Counted from the first letter of the whole stretch, positions 44,693 through 61,655 are shown. The stretch: DNA of 63,387 nucleotides, filler included, from Ministeria vibrans ATCC 50519 (GCA_943704425.1; 9 parts of 9 records of this genome joined end to end with filler, not necessarily neighbours in it), one strand, 5' to 3'. A program made the numbers and translations. The notes: a model not told the origin generated them from the sequence alone.

Positions 44693-47600
44693 TCAGACTC
44701 TTGAGGCGGTACACATCCCCGCCTCCATCGGAAACAGTTCAGGGGACACTTGGCGGAGCTTGCGGTTACGATGCCACCAGTAGACACCGCAGATGACAAG
44801 AATGAGGAGCACAATGAGAAAGATGGCCAATGGCCACCAGGTGAGCGAGCCACGTTGGCCACCGGCACTGCCACCGGTGCCGCCCACGAGAACCGTCTCA
44901 CAAGCTACACCCGTCACCGACTGCGGACACACACACGTGTAGCTGCGATGACCGTCGGCACATGTACCACCGTTCTGGCAAGGCGACGAGAAACACTCAT
45001 CCACACTCGACGTGCAATGCGTGCCCGTCCAACCTGCCGCACATGTGCACACATAGCCATTGAGAAGCGTCTCAGTGCAAGTGGCGCCATTGCCACAGGG
45101 GCTTGAAGCACACTCGTCATGATTGGCGCTGCACGTTGGGCCCGTGTAGCCGGCGGCACAAGCACACACGAAACGGTTAGTGCCGTCGATACAAGTGGCG
45201 CCATTGTTGCAGGGACTCGACGCACACTCGTCAATGTTAGATTGGCACAAAGAACCGGTGAAACCTGCTGCACACGTGCATGCAAACGACGAAACGAGGT
45301 TGGAACACAGGCCAAAGTTGAGACAGGGGCTCGACAGGCACTCATTTAAGTCGTCGTTACACTGCGCGCCGCCAAAACCACTGGGACATTGACAGGTGAA
45401 GGCATTGGTGGCGTCGTGGCACGTTGCGCCGGCGTGACACGGGCTTGAAGCGCACTCGTCGGTGTTCGTCTGGCAGTCGTCGCCCGTAAACCCTGCGACA
45501 CATACACAGCTGTAGGCGTTGACGCCGTCGAGGCAAGTGCCTCCGTTGGCACACGGGGCGGAGGCACACTCGTTGCTGTCGAGATCGCAGTGTATTCCAC
45601 TGTATCCTGCCACACACGTGCAGAAATATGCGTTGTTGCTGAGCTCGGTGCATGTAGCGCCATTCTGGCAGGGGCTCGATGCACATTCAACAACATTTTG
45701 GGAGCAGAGTGGACCAGTAAAGCCGGCAGCACAAGAGCACACGTACGAATTCACGCCATCGAGACATGTACTCCCGTTGGTGCACGGTGCGGACGCACAT
45801 TCGTCGATATTAATGTCGCAGAGAGCCCCAGCAAATCCTGTTGGACAGGAACAGGAAAACGAATCCAAAAGATCAATACAGATAGCCCCGTTGCTGCATG
45901 GACTTGACGCGCACTCAATGATGTTACTCTCGCAGAGAGTGCCAGTGAAACCCGTCAAGCACACGCAGGAAAACCCATTAACAGTATCCGCACAGAACCC
46001 ACCAACGTGACAAGGGTTGGACGCGCACTCGTTGACATCAGTTTGGCACTGAGAGCCAGTAAACCCCGCTAGACAACTACAGCTATAACTGTTGATGCCA
46101 TCATTGCACGTCGCGCCGTTTGCACATGGGTTGGATGCACATTCATCGGTGGTCGTCGAGCAAATTAACCCCGAAAAGCCGTTCGCACAGACGCAAGAGA
46201 ACCCGTCGATCAGCTCAATACACGTGGCTCCATTCATGCAGGGTTGCGACACACACTCGTTGAGCTTGGACTCGCAGAGCGCGCCAGTATAGCCGGAGAC
46301 ACAATTGCAGACAAAGCCGTTGATCAAATCGTTGCAGACTCCCGAGTTGTGGCACGGGCTTGACGCACACTCGTTCACATTCGACTCACAGTGTACACCG
46401 GTGAAGCCAGCAAAACAATTGCACACATACGAGTTGCTGCCATCCGAGCACACTCCGTTGATGCAGGGCGACGATGCACACTCGTCAGCTGCGTTGTCAC
46501 ACACTGTGCCAAAGAAACCCGACGCGCACACGCACACATACGAATTCACACCGTCAAGGCACGTTGCGCCATTCTGACACGGGTTCGACGCACACTCGTT
46601 CACATTCGATTCGCACTGTGTGCCAGTGAAACCAGTGACACAAGTACACGAGTAGCCCCCCACGAGATCATTGCACACGCCATTCACGCACGGACTCGAC
46701 GCACACTCGTTCACATTCGACTCACAGTGTACACCGGTGAAGCCGGCAGCGCACGAGCACGAGAAGGTCCCTGTACCTTCGTTGCATGTGCCGCCGTGTA
46801 GGCATGGGTTTGAGGCGCACGCCACAATGGGGCTTTCGCACCTGGCGCCTGTGAAATGGGACGGGCAGGTGCAACCAAACGCATCGTCAAGGTTACTGCA
46901 GACGCCTGAGTTGATACATGGCGACGAAGCACACTCGTCAATGTTAGACTCGCACGTGGTTCCGGTGAATCCCGAGTCACAGATGCAAAGGAAGAAGGCA
47001 GGGGAGCCAAAGCATGTTCCCATGTTCTGACACGGATTTGAGAGACACGGAGTGTTCATCGTCGTCTCACAATGTGTGCCTGTAAACAGTGTCAGGCAGT
47101 CACAGGAGTAGCCTGCGCCATGGTCGTTACAGGTTCCGCTGTTGAGGCAGGGACGCGACGCACACTCGTCAATGTTAGTCTCACAGTGTAATCCTGTATA
47201 TCCTGCAGTGCACGAGCATGAGTAGCCGTCAAAGAGATCATTACAGACGCCATCGTTGTGACACGGGCTCGATCCACATTCGTTGACTTCCACATCGCAC
47301 TGTGTGCCTGTAAAGCCGGCAGCGCACGTGCACAAAAAAGAGTTTATCCCGTCATCGCACGTCGCGCCGTTGACGCACGGCAGCGATGTACACTCGTCGA
47401 TTGTCGTTTCGCATGTGTTACCCGTCACTCCCGCCGGACAAAGGCAGACAAAGAGTCCAATGGAACTGAGACACGTGCCATCGTTAAGGCAGGGCGACGA
47501 ATCGCAGTTGGTATCCAGTGATGTCTCGCATAGAGTACCCGTGTACTCATTCGCGCACGCACATATGTACTGATCGAGGCCGTCGGTGCATGTACCGCCA

Positions 47601-48387
47601 TTGTGACACGGTGACGAATGACATTCGTCAATAGCTGATTCACACAGCGCACCAGTGAACCCCGCGGGACAGGTACAGTCAACGGAAAGCAATTGGCTCA
47701 CACAGGTGGCGCCGTTGAGGCACGGCTGACTGTCACACTCGTCAGCAGTGTTCTCACAGTGTAGTCCGCTTGCGCCGGCGGGGCACTCACACTGGTAAAA
47801 GTTGAGAGCTGTCACGCGGTTCTCCGGAATAAATGGCGACGCAATGTAAATGTATTCACCACACGTGCCACCATTCTGACACGGAGACGAAGCACACTAG
47901 AAAATAATCATAAAAATAGTTGAGTTTTCCTCTCCTATTTTTCTCTCGCAGGAGTTGTTCTTCTCAGTTTGTTTCTTTCTCCCTCCATCCGTTTGTTTCT
48001 TCTTCTTCTTCTTCCCTTTGTTTCTTTCTCCCTCCTCTATCAGTTTGTTTCTTACTCCTTCCACTTTTTCTCTCTCTCCCTCTCTCAAATAGCCTTTGTA
48101 GTACCTCTTCAATGTCGGTGGAGCAAGTGCCACCTTGAGAGCCAGGAAAACAGTTGCACGTGTACGAGTCGACACCCTCGACGCAAATTCCATTGACGCA
48201 GGGACTACTGCCACACGTGGTACTCATGCGTCGCTGACGGTCCATCTCAGTGCAATCTGTTCCGGTGAAGCCTTCGGTACAATGACACACAGGGCCTTGA
48301 TTGTCAATGTTTTCGCAATGTCCGCCATTCGCACAGGTCGTCGGAGAACACTAAAAATAATACAGATAGTCATACAGTGTATAAACA

Positions 48388-48447
<60 letters not shown>

Positions 48448-49729
48448 TTTAATAATAATAATTTAATAATAATAATTAATTAATAATAATAATTTAATAA
48501 TAATAATAAAAATTATTTTAATAATAGTAATAAAATTTAATAATAATAATAAGCTTATTTAAAATATTATGCCTTTATTGTACCTTGATTGCCGTGTCGC
48601 ACTCAGCCCCGGTATATCCAGCAGAACATTCGCAATCGTAAGAATCCAACGATATTAATCGGATGTGATCAAGCGTAACTTCTTCAATCTAAAAGCAAAA
48701 CAAACAACAATTCAATGATCATTGGACACGCTGACAGACAGACAACAACGGCAGAGAGAAAGAACACAAATACAAACACCTCCTCACCGTGGCGTCGGCT
48801 CCTGCAAGAGTAACATCGCACACGAACACGACAGTCTCTGCTGCATGGATGACAGTCGATGGTCGCAGTTCAATGTCACTGAGCGACGAGCCTCGTGCGT
48901 CAATCAACGCCATAGCAACCTCAACGGCTGAAGTGCGGTGTTGAGAGCGAAGAGAGCACTCCAGACGACTGTCGCTGCGAAACGAACCAACGGTGGCAAT
49001 GGATACGGAGAACAATGCCCTAGACAGTCCATGGAGCGACATGGGTGCGGTTTCAAAGCGGACAGTAGCGCCAATGTTGCGAATCTGAATCGAGAAGAAG
49101 TTTCAAAAAAAAGAAGAAAAAAAGGAAAAATAAAAAGAACTCACTTTGAAGGCCCTCTTTCCCTCTACGTCAACTTGGAGTTGGGAACGACTTTGGGAGA
49201 CGTCGTAAACGCCAATGACACCAAAGTTACGCCAGGTCGATTCCTGTGTGTGGCGGTAGGACGTGTTGAACGGAGTGTCGCCAAAGGTGTGAGAGAAATC
49301 GTCGACAAACGGCGGCACAGGGCCGTTGGTGAGGTCGTGATGACCCGTCGATGTGGGGGTGGTGCTGACATAGACGGGATAGCTACTCACTGGCACGTGC
49401 TCGAAGGTGGTAGCGGCAAGTATTGCAGGAGTACAGAATGAGCTGTTCCTTAGCAACGAGGTGCGAAAACCCACAATGTGTTCGCACTGCGCCCCTTCGA
49501 ACCCCGACGGGCACACACACACATAGGAGTTGCCATCGGGCAGACAAGTGGCGCGATTCTCGCAGGGGTTCGATGTGCACGCTGTCGATCGAGATTCGAT
49601 TGCAGGCTGACAATGTGTATCAATGTGGGACGAAAGAACAACTGGTTGAGTGACGAACTGGCCGTGAGGTGTTTAAATTCGTACCAACAATGCAAGTAGC
49701 ACTCCAAGGACAAGCATCGGCAGATGCAT
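44693..49729 (-). CDS. Type I membrane protein with roughly 30 EGF repeats, multi-exon
   Basis: Signal peptide MHLPMLVLGVLLALL, one EGF, an unassigned non-EGF region, then tandem cbEGF repeats (about 26 in the last exon), TM LAIFLIVLLILVICGVYWW and a short tail ending TASRV*. Confidence 0.88.
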
Positions 49730-50038
49730 GACGAGAAAATTTGTATTTTGTGAAGACGTATTATTTTAACTTGAAAGAACAGGTATTTTGATGATTGTGA
49801 CGATGGCATAATTATAATGATAATGATATTGATAATAATAATAATAATAATTATTGTTATTATTAGAGTACAGCTCTTGATTCTCTATTTAGTATTATTA
49901 TTATTATGCACTCTAAAGGCCAAATGCAAAGCTATTGTTTTTTTTTTTAATTTTTTTTTATTTTTTTTTCACGATGATCAGTCAGTAAAACAAACAGCTG
50001 TTGATACAAAAAATAAAATTATTAACATTTACTTGAGT

Positions 50039-52449
<2,411 letters not shown>

Positions 52450-52670
52450 TTGAGTAAATTTTTTGATCTCTCCAATTATTCCAGTAAGAGTCAATTAATG
52501 TGCTCTAAATTTCAGTTTGAATCGGTGTGAAGAGCCTCATCTAATATCTATCAACTTTCAAATTCCTATCGCTTAGAACGTGGTTGACACTTGATTGTGT
52601 TGTCGCCTTTTTCGTTTGTGATTGAAAAAGAAGAAGATTGATTGAAACTCACTTTACTTCTTTTCCTCAG

Positions 52671-55384
52671 ATGAACAAACTCACTGCCGAGCAGTCTGCG
52701 AAGATTGCTGCTGATGCGGCGCGTCAAGAGGCAGAAGTTCGGGTTGATGCGTTGCGAAAGACGCACAGTGTGCAGGAGAGGATGATCAAATCTGCGATCG
52801 TCGACGCCACTGTCTTGATCGAGTCGGTACGCGCACGACGGCCTCCTTCTGACACGCATGCACCCCACGCCAACCCCACCCCTGTCTCTGGTAGGTGCGG
52901 CATCTCCTGCCTTCTCACTACGAGGATGTCGTTGAAGAGCGTCGTCGAGTCGATCGCTGTGGCTATCCTCTGTGCAGCGCATCTCCCTCCAGCGTACGTC
53001 CCACAAGCGGCGTCTTCTCCTCCTCTCACCCACACACACATACACACACCCCCTCTGTCCGTGTGCACCCCTCCTCCTTCTCCTCCCCCATCTCCTATGG
53101 CGTGTAGTGGCCGTCGACGTTGGATCGCGTTCAGTTTCGCATAGACAAGGTTTCGTTGGACTCTGCCCTGCGCTTTTGCTCGCGCCTCTGCATGGTCGCG
53201 TCAAACCACCTGCAGCACCAGATCCCAAGCGACCCTATTTGGACGCGCAACTCTCGGTACCACCAGAAATGAAAGACATAGACATAGTACAATGACTGAC
53301 TGACTTTGCTCTTGTCCTTTCCATCAGATGGAAACATCCCGAAGTTTTGCTGCGCAGTCACACGCCAGAAGAGCGTCTACCAAAGACAGTGTCTGCCACC
53401 ACGACGGTTACACCAAAGAAGAAACGCCAAGAACCCCAGAGCGGATTACAAGACGATGAGACAGACTCAGCTGATGGGTAACACTTGGAGAGCGAGAGTG
53501 CGAGAGAGAGAAAGAGGGAGAGAAGAGGGAGAAAGAAGCAAAGTGACGGAAGGGAGAGGTTTCTAATTGGTTTTGTTTGTTGGTTGCATTTGTAGTGGCG
53601 GATTTCTTGTTGAGCGGGTGGTTCTCAATGCAAACCCATGGTCAGGGGAACTGCCCAGAGGCACAGACACAAGCACACTGACGGTGGTGGAGCGAGAGGC
53701 GCCTCTTGAAAGCCAACGCGTTGAGGAGGAGAAGAAGAAAAGTGTATCGTTGGACACGGAGCCCAGTCAGAAGCATCAACTAAAAGAAGAGGAGGATGAA
53801 GAAGTTCTTGTACGATTTCGGTTTTTAAAAAGGAACAGTACGAAAAATGATAAAATGATTCTTTCTGTGTGGTTTTAGACGGACAGCGACGATCAATCGG
53901 TGACGATAGTCAACGAAGGAGACAACGTAATGAAAGAGAGTGAGAGAGGGAGAGTGGAGGGAGAAAGACACAGAGTGATAGGGAGAGAGGGAGGAGGGAG
54001 GGAGAAAGAAAGAAACAAAGCGATAGAGGAAGAAAGAAACAAAGTGATAGAGAGAAACAAAGTGACTGAGAGGGAGAGTGGAGGGAGAAAGGCACAGAGT
54101 GATAGGGAGAGAGGGAGGAGGGAGGGAGAAAGAAACAAACAAAGTGATAGAGGAAGAAAGAAACAAAGTGATAGAGAGAAACAAAGTGACTGAGAGGGAG
54201 AGTGGAGGGAGAAAGGCACAGAGTGATAGGGAGAGAGGGAGGGAGGGAGAAAGAAACAAACAGAAAACAAATTAATAGAGAGAAACAAAGTGACTAAGAC
54301 ATAAAGTGATCGAGAGAGAGAGAGAGAGAATAAGAGAGAGAGAAAGAAAGAAAGAGAGAGAGAGAGAGAACGCAGTGAGAGATTGGGAAAGAAACAACTT
54401 GACTCATTGGCTCACGTTTGTGCACCGATTGTTGATTAGGAGACGGATAGCGATGATTTGAGCGAAGGAGAGGTGGAAGAGGCGGTGAAGCAACGGGGTT
54501 ACTTTGAAGAGGCGCGAGCAACGTTTGTGGAAGATGAGGAAGCAATGCACAATGAGAGTGTGACACTACCCCAGCAAAAGGTGTTTGCCGCTGCGAAGGT
54601 CAAGGTTGCATGTGTTGTCGGAGCAGGAGAAGGAGGGGAAAGCGATGGAAGTGAGGGGTCTGATGATGACTGGCTGAATACAATGAGTGGCGATGAAGAG
54701 GATGGGGCAGGAGAAGAGGTGCGAGGGAGCGATGTGGCGAGTGGGTTGGGGGTTGTGCGTCTGACAGAGTGTGTGCCAGTGGAAACTGAGCGCATGGTAG
54801 TCAATGGGGCGCTTATGCGATGGTGCACAGCGCAGACTGTGCGCTTTGTGCGTTCTGGAGCAGACAGTGCCGAGGCCTTAGCGAGTCATAGCGATGTGAC
54901 GGATGTGGAGACGGTCGGCGATGACTGGGAGTTTTTCAAGAAGGGACTCGCTCAACTGAAAGACAAGCCCAAATCAAAAGCCAAAGAAGCAGCGAGCAGT
55001 GGCAAGGAAGCGACTGCTGCACGACACACACAGTACACATTCCCAACTGTCGACTCAGTGCACACTCCATCGCGACGCACCACCGCCCTTACATCGCTCA
55101 TCAACGCACGTCTACCGTCCCTGAACGAGTCACTCGCGCTCACTCCGTCACAGTACATCCATCAGCTCACCACTCTCCTTTCCACTTTTGATCTCTCTCG
55201 CACTCTCCCGTCCTTCTCGACTGCCCAGTGGCACCTTATTGCTCTCACTCTGCTTGCAGTCCTTCCCTCTCATCCCATTTCTGTCTCGCCCGACAATCCA
55301 CTTTTGACTACTCATTTGGACCACATTGGTTGCGATTACGATTTCTTTTGCGTTCTCTTGGCCAATTTTGACACTGACCTGTAA
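52671..55384 (+). CDS. RPAP2: RNA polymerase II CTD phosphatase RPAP2/Rtr1 homologue, multi-exon
   Basis: LLPSHYEDVVEERRRVDRCGYPLC is the RPAP2 zinc-binding signature. An acidic middle region follows, then C-terminal LTTLLSTFDLSRTLPSFSTAQWHLIALTLL. Confidence 0.82.
53935..54300. repeat. Intronic compound minisatellite built on AGAAACAAAGTGATAGAGAG and (GA)n
   Basis: The same core recurs in either orientation at about 8935-9045, 9340-9385, 13540-13890, 51215-51600, 60440-60600 and 61740-61970. Confidence 0.85.
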
Positions 55385-55942
55385 AACATAAACAAAAAAA
55401 GAGTTGTTGTTATAGTTACATTTCAGTGGGCGGTTCCTTCATCACAAAACACATATGAAGAATGCGACCGACCTAACAAGAAAGAGAGGAGAGGGGAAAC
55501 ACAGTGATAGTGAGAAAGAAGGAAGGAAAACAAGCAAAGTGATCGAGAGATGGAGAGAAATAGAGAGAAAGAGAGGAAAAGAGAAAATTGGAAAGAGGAA
55601 AACAGAAAAGGGAGAGAGGAAAAGAGAACAGGGGAAAGAGAGGAAAAGAGAAAAGGAGAAAGAGAGAAAAAGAGAAAAGGGGAGAGAGAATGAGTGCAAG
55701 ATCTTGTAAGTGACTTTTAAGTGGTACTTCTTCTCCTGAGTCAATAATTGCGCTGATCACTTCTTCAATCTACTCAGAGAAGAGTGAGTGAGTGTGAACA
55801 TGATTAGGGCTTCGTTTTTTTTTTTTTTTTTTTTTTTTATTTNNNNNNNNNNNNNNNNNNNNNNNNNNNNNNNNNNNNNNNNNNNNTTAATTAATTAANN
55901 NNNNNNNNNNNNNNNNNNNNNNNNNNNNNNNNNNNNNNNNNN

Positions 55943-57635
55943 CATACACGTGTGCGGGCTTGAGGAACCCAGCCGGGATCACAAGCTGCGACGAGGTCTG
56001 CACAATCGATGTGTTGTTGAGCAGATCAGTTCCCTCCGAGTCAGCCTTGTCAATGAGCTGCCACGAGTACATTGGCGTCATACCCGCCCCAACCTGGCAC
56101 TGACTCAGTTGAAGGTCGGCATTGACGTGAACGGGCTCCGAGACAGTGGTTGTGATCGGAAGCACACCCGTAAGTTGCATAGTGGGCTGCGCAATGGCGA
56201 GAACCTTGAACGTGAAGGGTGCCGAGGTGCCAACGACGCCAAGGAAGTTACCCACGCCCACAGTGAGTGTGTAGTTGCCGGACAGTGTATCGTCGGCGGG
56301 CACAGACACGACCAATTGTGTTGTAGGCAGTCCATCGAGGTAGTTTTGCAACTTCTCACCTCCGTCCGACGCATCCGACGTCACCTGCCAGATCACATCG
56401 ACGTCACGTCCGCCCGCGCCGCTTGTCACGGCCGCATTGATATCAAGCGTGCCGCACGCGTCAACCACCTGCGAACCCGTAATGGACACAACGGGTGTAG
56501 GCGGTGTTGCTGTCGGGTGCATGTCAACCGTCATCGCACCCGTGGAAATATCGGAGAATTGTTGCTGAGCGACCACGACGCCATTGACATTCTCGGCAAG
56601 CGCAGCCGTATCGCCGTTCTTCACGCTTGTGCCAGGTCCCAGGTTCACCACCATCGTCCCAGTGTTGCGCCACGTGCATGTTGAGCCAGTGCCAAAGATT
56701 GCAAGAGCATCCGTCGCCCACATCTGTCGGCAATCGGCAGCACCATACGACGTCGTGATGGTGTCACCAGTGTCGGCGGGTGCCGTAAAGTTCGCCTCCA
56801 GATTCGCATAGTCCGCCGTAAACGTGATGCTGAGGTAGCGCGGCTGGTACGCGTACACGTCCACCGGCATGCCACTGCCCTCAATAAAGAACGCACCACT
56901 GCTATCAGTCAGGTACACGAGGATGCGGCGCGAGGGCATGGGAATCGACTCGAGAACACACGTCGCGGACGTGCCTCCGCCTACCGTGTCCACCACAGCA
57001 ATATCCTGCTGAAGAAGCGTGCCCACAGTGTCGTCTTCAATGAAGAAACACTGGAGCACTTCGTTATTTTCAAGCGCAGCATTGAAGTTGACGCCAGTCA
57101 GTGTGATCACCGTACTTGCCTCCTCCACCATAATACGACTCGGCGACACACCCGTCAGCGTCATCGTCGAGGTGCGCGGAACGGTAGCATTCTTAGGCAC
57201 TTGCTCAGGCTGCAAACAGCCACTCGCGCCCATACCGTCGTTGAGACGCACGTAGCCCAGGTTGCACGAGCATAGGTACGACCCATCCGTGTTGAGGCAC
57301 TGTTGCGAGCAACCGTGCGAGTCAGTTGTGCACTCGTTGATGTCGCGCGCCACTCCACCAGTGCAGTTGTAGCCGGCCGGGCACGAGTGTATGCGGCCAA
57401 ACACACAATAAACACTGCCGTCGACGGGACACGAAGCACACGTGTCCTGCGCAAGTGTCTCCGTGAACGTTTCGTTGCTGCACATTGTTTCCACACCGGT
57501 CACACAGAAGAATCCCTTGTTGCAATCCTTGCACGCTGCCTCGCCAGGTGTGTCCTGGAACAGGCCCGGCTCACACTCAATCTGGTCAACAGTGCCCTGG
57601 GGACAATAGTGACGCTCCGAGCAGGTGATGCAACT
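55943..57635 (-). CDS. Internal fragment of a large extracellular protein: GCC2/GCC3-like Cys repeats, cbEGF, IPT-like, REJ/PKD-like region
   Basis: One open frame spans the whole contig: HYCPQG...CEPGLFQDTPGEAACKDC, DINECTTDSHGCSQQCLNTDGSYLCSC, VSPSRI...ITLTGVNF, PVVSITGSQVVDACGTLDINA...SGAGGR...W, YSWQL...LVIPAGFL. Confidence 0.75.
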
Positions 57636-57736
57636 NNNNNNNNNNNNNNNNNNNNNNNNNNNNNNNNNNNNNNNNNNNNTTAATTAATTAANNNNNNNNN
57701 NNNNNNNNNNNNNNNNNNNNNNNNNNNNNNNNNNNC

Positions 57737-57819
57737 CCGAGAATAACTCAGTTGGCAGAGTGCTCGACTGTAGACGTAAAGTTATCGAGCTGTCCGGAGT
57801 TCGACTCTCCGTTCTCGGA
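57737..57819 (+). tRNA. tRNA-Tyr(GTA) with 10-nt intron (57774-57783)
   Basis: CCGAGAA/TTCTCGG acceptor stem (C1:G72, A73), ACTC/GAGT D stem, CTCGA/TCGAG anticodon stem, CGGAG TTCGACT CTCCG T arm, then an oligo-T Pol III terminator. Confidence 0.95.
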
Positions 57820-58113
57820 TTTTTTTTTTTTTTTATTCTTTATCGATTCTCTGTAGTTATTTTTTTTTCTTATTAAAATTAATTTTTTTATAGTAGTTCT
57901 AAATTAATAGTTATTATAATCTATATGGGCTTCTTTCAGACGTTCTGTCGTTCTCATTCAGTAGTCTACGGCGGTCGGCGCCTCGGCGGAAGTATTGTGC
58001 TGCTCTCTGTTTTGTATTTAGTCTTGTTTTACAGCTCTCGATTCTAAATTACTTTCTTATTACATTTTAAATATTGTTATTATTGTATTATAATTATATA
58101 TTTTTAGATTCAG

Positions 58114-60360
58114 ATGGACCTCGACGCTGCACTGCCGATTGATCCGACCATTGTCAAACGAGTCCTTCCCAATGGCTTGACCGTCATGGTGAAGAGAAAT
58201 CGCGAGGTACAAACTCCACTTGCGCACTAGCGACGACTGACGCGGGTCTCCCCCACTGTGCATCGATGTGTGTGCAGCCCTTGGAGCGTGTCGACGTCCA
58301 GCTTGTGTTGAATGTCGGCTCCATCGTCGAGGGAGAGCGCGAGCGCGGCCTGGCCCACTTTTGCGAACATCTCGCCTTCCGCGCCAGCTCGTCGCAATTT
58401 CAGAACCACTATGACGTCGTTCGTCATCTTGAGAGTCTCGGCAGTCGTTTTGGACCGTGCCAGAATGCCATGACGGCCTTTGACGAGGTAAGTGGAGTCT
58501 CTGATCTGAAATTGTGCAATAAAGTGCAAACGAGTGATGTTTGCACTCTTGATCTTAGACGGTGTACGAGCTGCATGTGGCCACCGAGGTTCTGCCACAA
58601 GCTTTGCGTGTATTACAACACTTTGCGACGGCCGCAGTGCGCGCTACAGACGAGGATGTGAACGAGGAGCGCAAAATCATCCTCGAAGAGCTGCGTCAAG
58701 ACGTATTTATCTGAGTTTGCCAAGGCGCTTTTTGCTTACACTTGATCTTTATTAGGGTCATTCGGCAGAGACGCGCTCTAGAGAGCAGTTTTTTGAGACT
58801 GCTTTGGGAGAGTGCGTGTATGGACAGCGTCTGCCAATGGGTCTGCAGGCTGTGATTGAGGACGTACCGCCAGCGGTGGTGCGCAACTTTGCTCGATGTT
58901 GGTACCGTCTCGAGAACATGTGTGTGGTCGTTGTGGGCGATGTGGATGACGAAGAGGCCGTAGTGGCCATGGTTTCCGCCGAAATGTCACCTGACGGACC
59001 CAGAGAGACACTTCCGCCGCCGCGATCGCGTCCAGAGGCGAGTCGCCTGACCGACTGGCACGCGACGCCGCGTGTGTGTCTGTTTCTTGATGACTGCGAA
59101 ACCAGCGAGTCATCTGTCTCACTTGACTACATGTACCCACGCACACACGTCCAGAATGTGCGTGATGTTCGCCGGTCGACTGTCGAGACGCTGTTCACAC
59201 TCATGTTCAACGAGCGCTGTGCCAAGGTCGCCGCGCGTCCGTCACCGCCCTTCTACCGGGCTGAAATGGCCATTGTGGAGCACACACTGACCATGCGCAC
59301 GCTGACGGTGCACGCCGAGGCTGTCCAGGGCGAGGAAATCGCATCGCTGACGGCCCTTCTCACTGAAATCGAACGCATCGCGCGCTTTGGATTCGACGCC
59401 AACGAGCTGCGCATGGCCACTGCCAATGTGCTTGCCTCTCTCGAAGCGCAGTTCATAGAGCGCGACCAGACCGACTCGACGCTCCTTGCCAGTGACCTTG
59501 TCGACTATTTCCTTAGTGGCAATACGCCCTGTGCTATTCAGTGTCTCTTTGACCTCACTTCTCAGCTGCTCGAAGATATTTCTCTGTCCGATTTGAACGA
59601 TATTTCTCGTTTGCTTCTGCCAACCGTAATGTTTTTTTTTGATGTTCTTATGCTACCTTTCTTTTTCTCATCTTCTCTTGCACTGTGTAGAACAACTTGA
59701 CGGTAAGCATAAGTCGGCCAGGACAGCGTGCGCCGTCGCTTCTGTCGTTCCTGGGCGCATCTGGACAACGCTATCCGACCATTACGGAGCAGCATGTACG
59801 CGATGCATTGTGTGCGGCGACTGCACGGTTGCCCGTGGACGCACTGGAGCATTGGACGGATGTGCCCACCGACGCGACTTTAGACGTGCCGTCGCTGCCA
59901 CCGCCGGGTCACACGGAGGTCGAGCATACCTTTACCGGCGAGCTTGAGCTGCATGAGTTTGTCCTGTCGAATGGTGTCCGCGTGTGTTTCCGACGTACCG
60001 AATTTGCACATGATGACATTGTCATGCGCGCGTTTGCGTTTGGGGGCACATCGAGTCTCACGCGTGAACAACTCAACAACGTGCGAGTCGCATCGGCGGT
60101 TGCCGAGGCAGTTGGTGAGTTTGGCATTGTGCCTGCGCGACTCGCAGAGATGCTCGCGGGACGCCGCGTTACTTTGAGCACGGCCATTGAGCTGTACACA
60201 CGCACTCTTGCGGGCCTTGCGTCCCCGCGTCATCTTGAGGACTTTTTCCGGTTGCTTCATTTGCGCTTTGTTTCGCGTGTCGAGCACAGTAACACACATG
60301 TGCAGTCGGTTCTTACGCAGTTGCGTCAATCTTGTCGAACGCTCAACCACTCAGTGTACG
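58114..60360 (+). CDS. M16 family zinc protease, PqqL-like, multi-exon, 3' truncated
   Basis: LPIDPTIVKRVLPNGLTV, LNVGSIVEGERERGLAHFCEHLAF (HxxEH), FGPCQNAMTAFDETVY, RLPMG, WYRLENM, second module LSNGVRV...AFGGTS. Confidence 0.9.
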
Positions 60361-60529
60361 ATTCAAGTCACATTTCGTTTGAAGTGTATTCATGCTGTCA
60401 CTTTGTTCCTTTTCTTACTCTTTTCTTTCTTTCTTCTTCTCTCTATCGCTTTGTTTTTTTTCTACCACTTTGTTTCTCTCTCTGTCTCCCTCTATCACTT
60501 TGTTTCTCTCTCTCTCTCTCTCTATCACT

Positions 60530-60567
<38 letters not shown>

Positions 60568-60569
60568 CT

Positions 60570-60601
<32 letters not shown>

Positions 60602-60701
60602 NNNNNNNNNNNNNNNNNNNNNNNNNNNNNNNNNNNNNNNNNNNNTTAATTAATTAANNNNNNNNNNNNNNNNNNNNNNNNNNNNNNNNNNNNNNNNNNN
60701 N

Positions 60702-60810
<109 letters not shown>

Positions 60811-61013
60811 CACTTTTTTCTTTTCTCTCTCTCTCTCTATCACTTTGTTTTCTTTTCTCTCCTTCTATCTCGCTTTCTCTCTATCACTTTGCTTCTTTCT
60901 ACTTTGTTTCTTTCCCCTATCTCTCTCTTTATCACACGCACACACACACTTTCTCACTTTTTTTCTTTCTCCCTCCCTCCTCTCACTTTATCTCTTTTTC
61001 TTTCTTTCTCTAG

Positions 61014-61655
61014 GCGTCCATTTTTGGTGCCAAGGTTAGCACAACCAAGCGTCACTCGACTGCCAACATTGAAGGCGACATTCCTGTTCGGCCAAAGGAG
61101 ACAACAGCCTCCGAGCCGGCGCAGTCACACTTGCAACCCCTTCGGCGCACACTCAAGCCCGCCATCAACACCACAGAACTACCCACACCAACGTCAACGC
61201 TAGCATCATCATCATCATCATCGTCATCATCATCAACGGCACACACCTCTGCACCAAGAGCGAGTGCTGAGTCATTCTCATTCGAATCGGCCGTGTGCAA
61301 CTGGGCATCGGCTGTCTCGGGTCGACCTATCACTCCTCAAAGCTGTGCAGGCGCCTTTGCCGACGGAACCTATCTTTGGTACTCTTTTATCTCCCGATTT
61401 GTGTTGTTTACTAGCGTAATACTCATGTTCCACTCTCTTTTGCTCTATAGTACTCTTGTGAACTGTCTGGCCAAAGGCACAATCGACTCCCGCGCACTCT
61501 CGACGGGCCGGTCAAGCTCTGCGGCGCTGGGGAATGCGACGCTGGGCATCACATCAGCATCGTCCATTGGCTGTGACACAAGCAGCATAGACGCACTTGC
61601 GCTCGTTGAAGCGACACCCGGAGTCGCGCTTGAGCTGCTCGGTCGTCTCGCATCG
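61014..61655 (+). CDS. Two internal exons encoding a calponin-homology (CH) domain
   Basis: ESAVCNWASAV...FADGTYL / TLVNCLAKGTID...NATLGITSASSIGC...IDALALVEATPGVALELL resembles fimbrin-type CH1. Confidence 0.6.

Noticed and set aside
43000-47815. EGF repeats + TM followed on the same strand by ankyrin repeats, suggesting Notch
   Set aside because: The EGF ORF stops 26 aa after the TM, no LNR/NOD domains are visible, and the ankyrin ORF has its own F-box-like start with AT-rich and repeat DNA in between.
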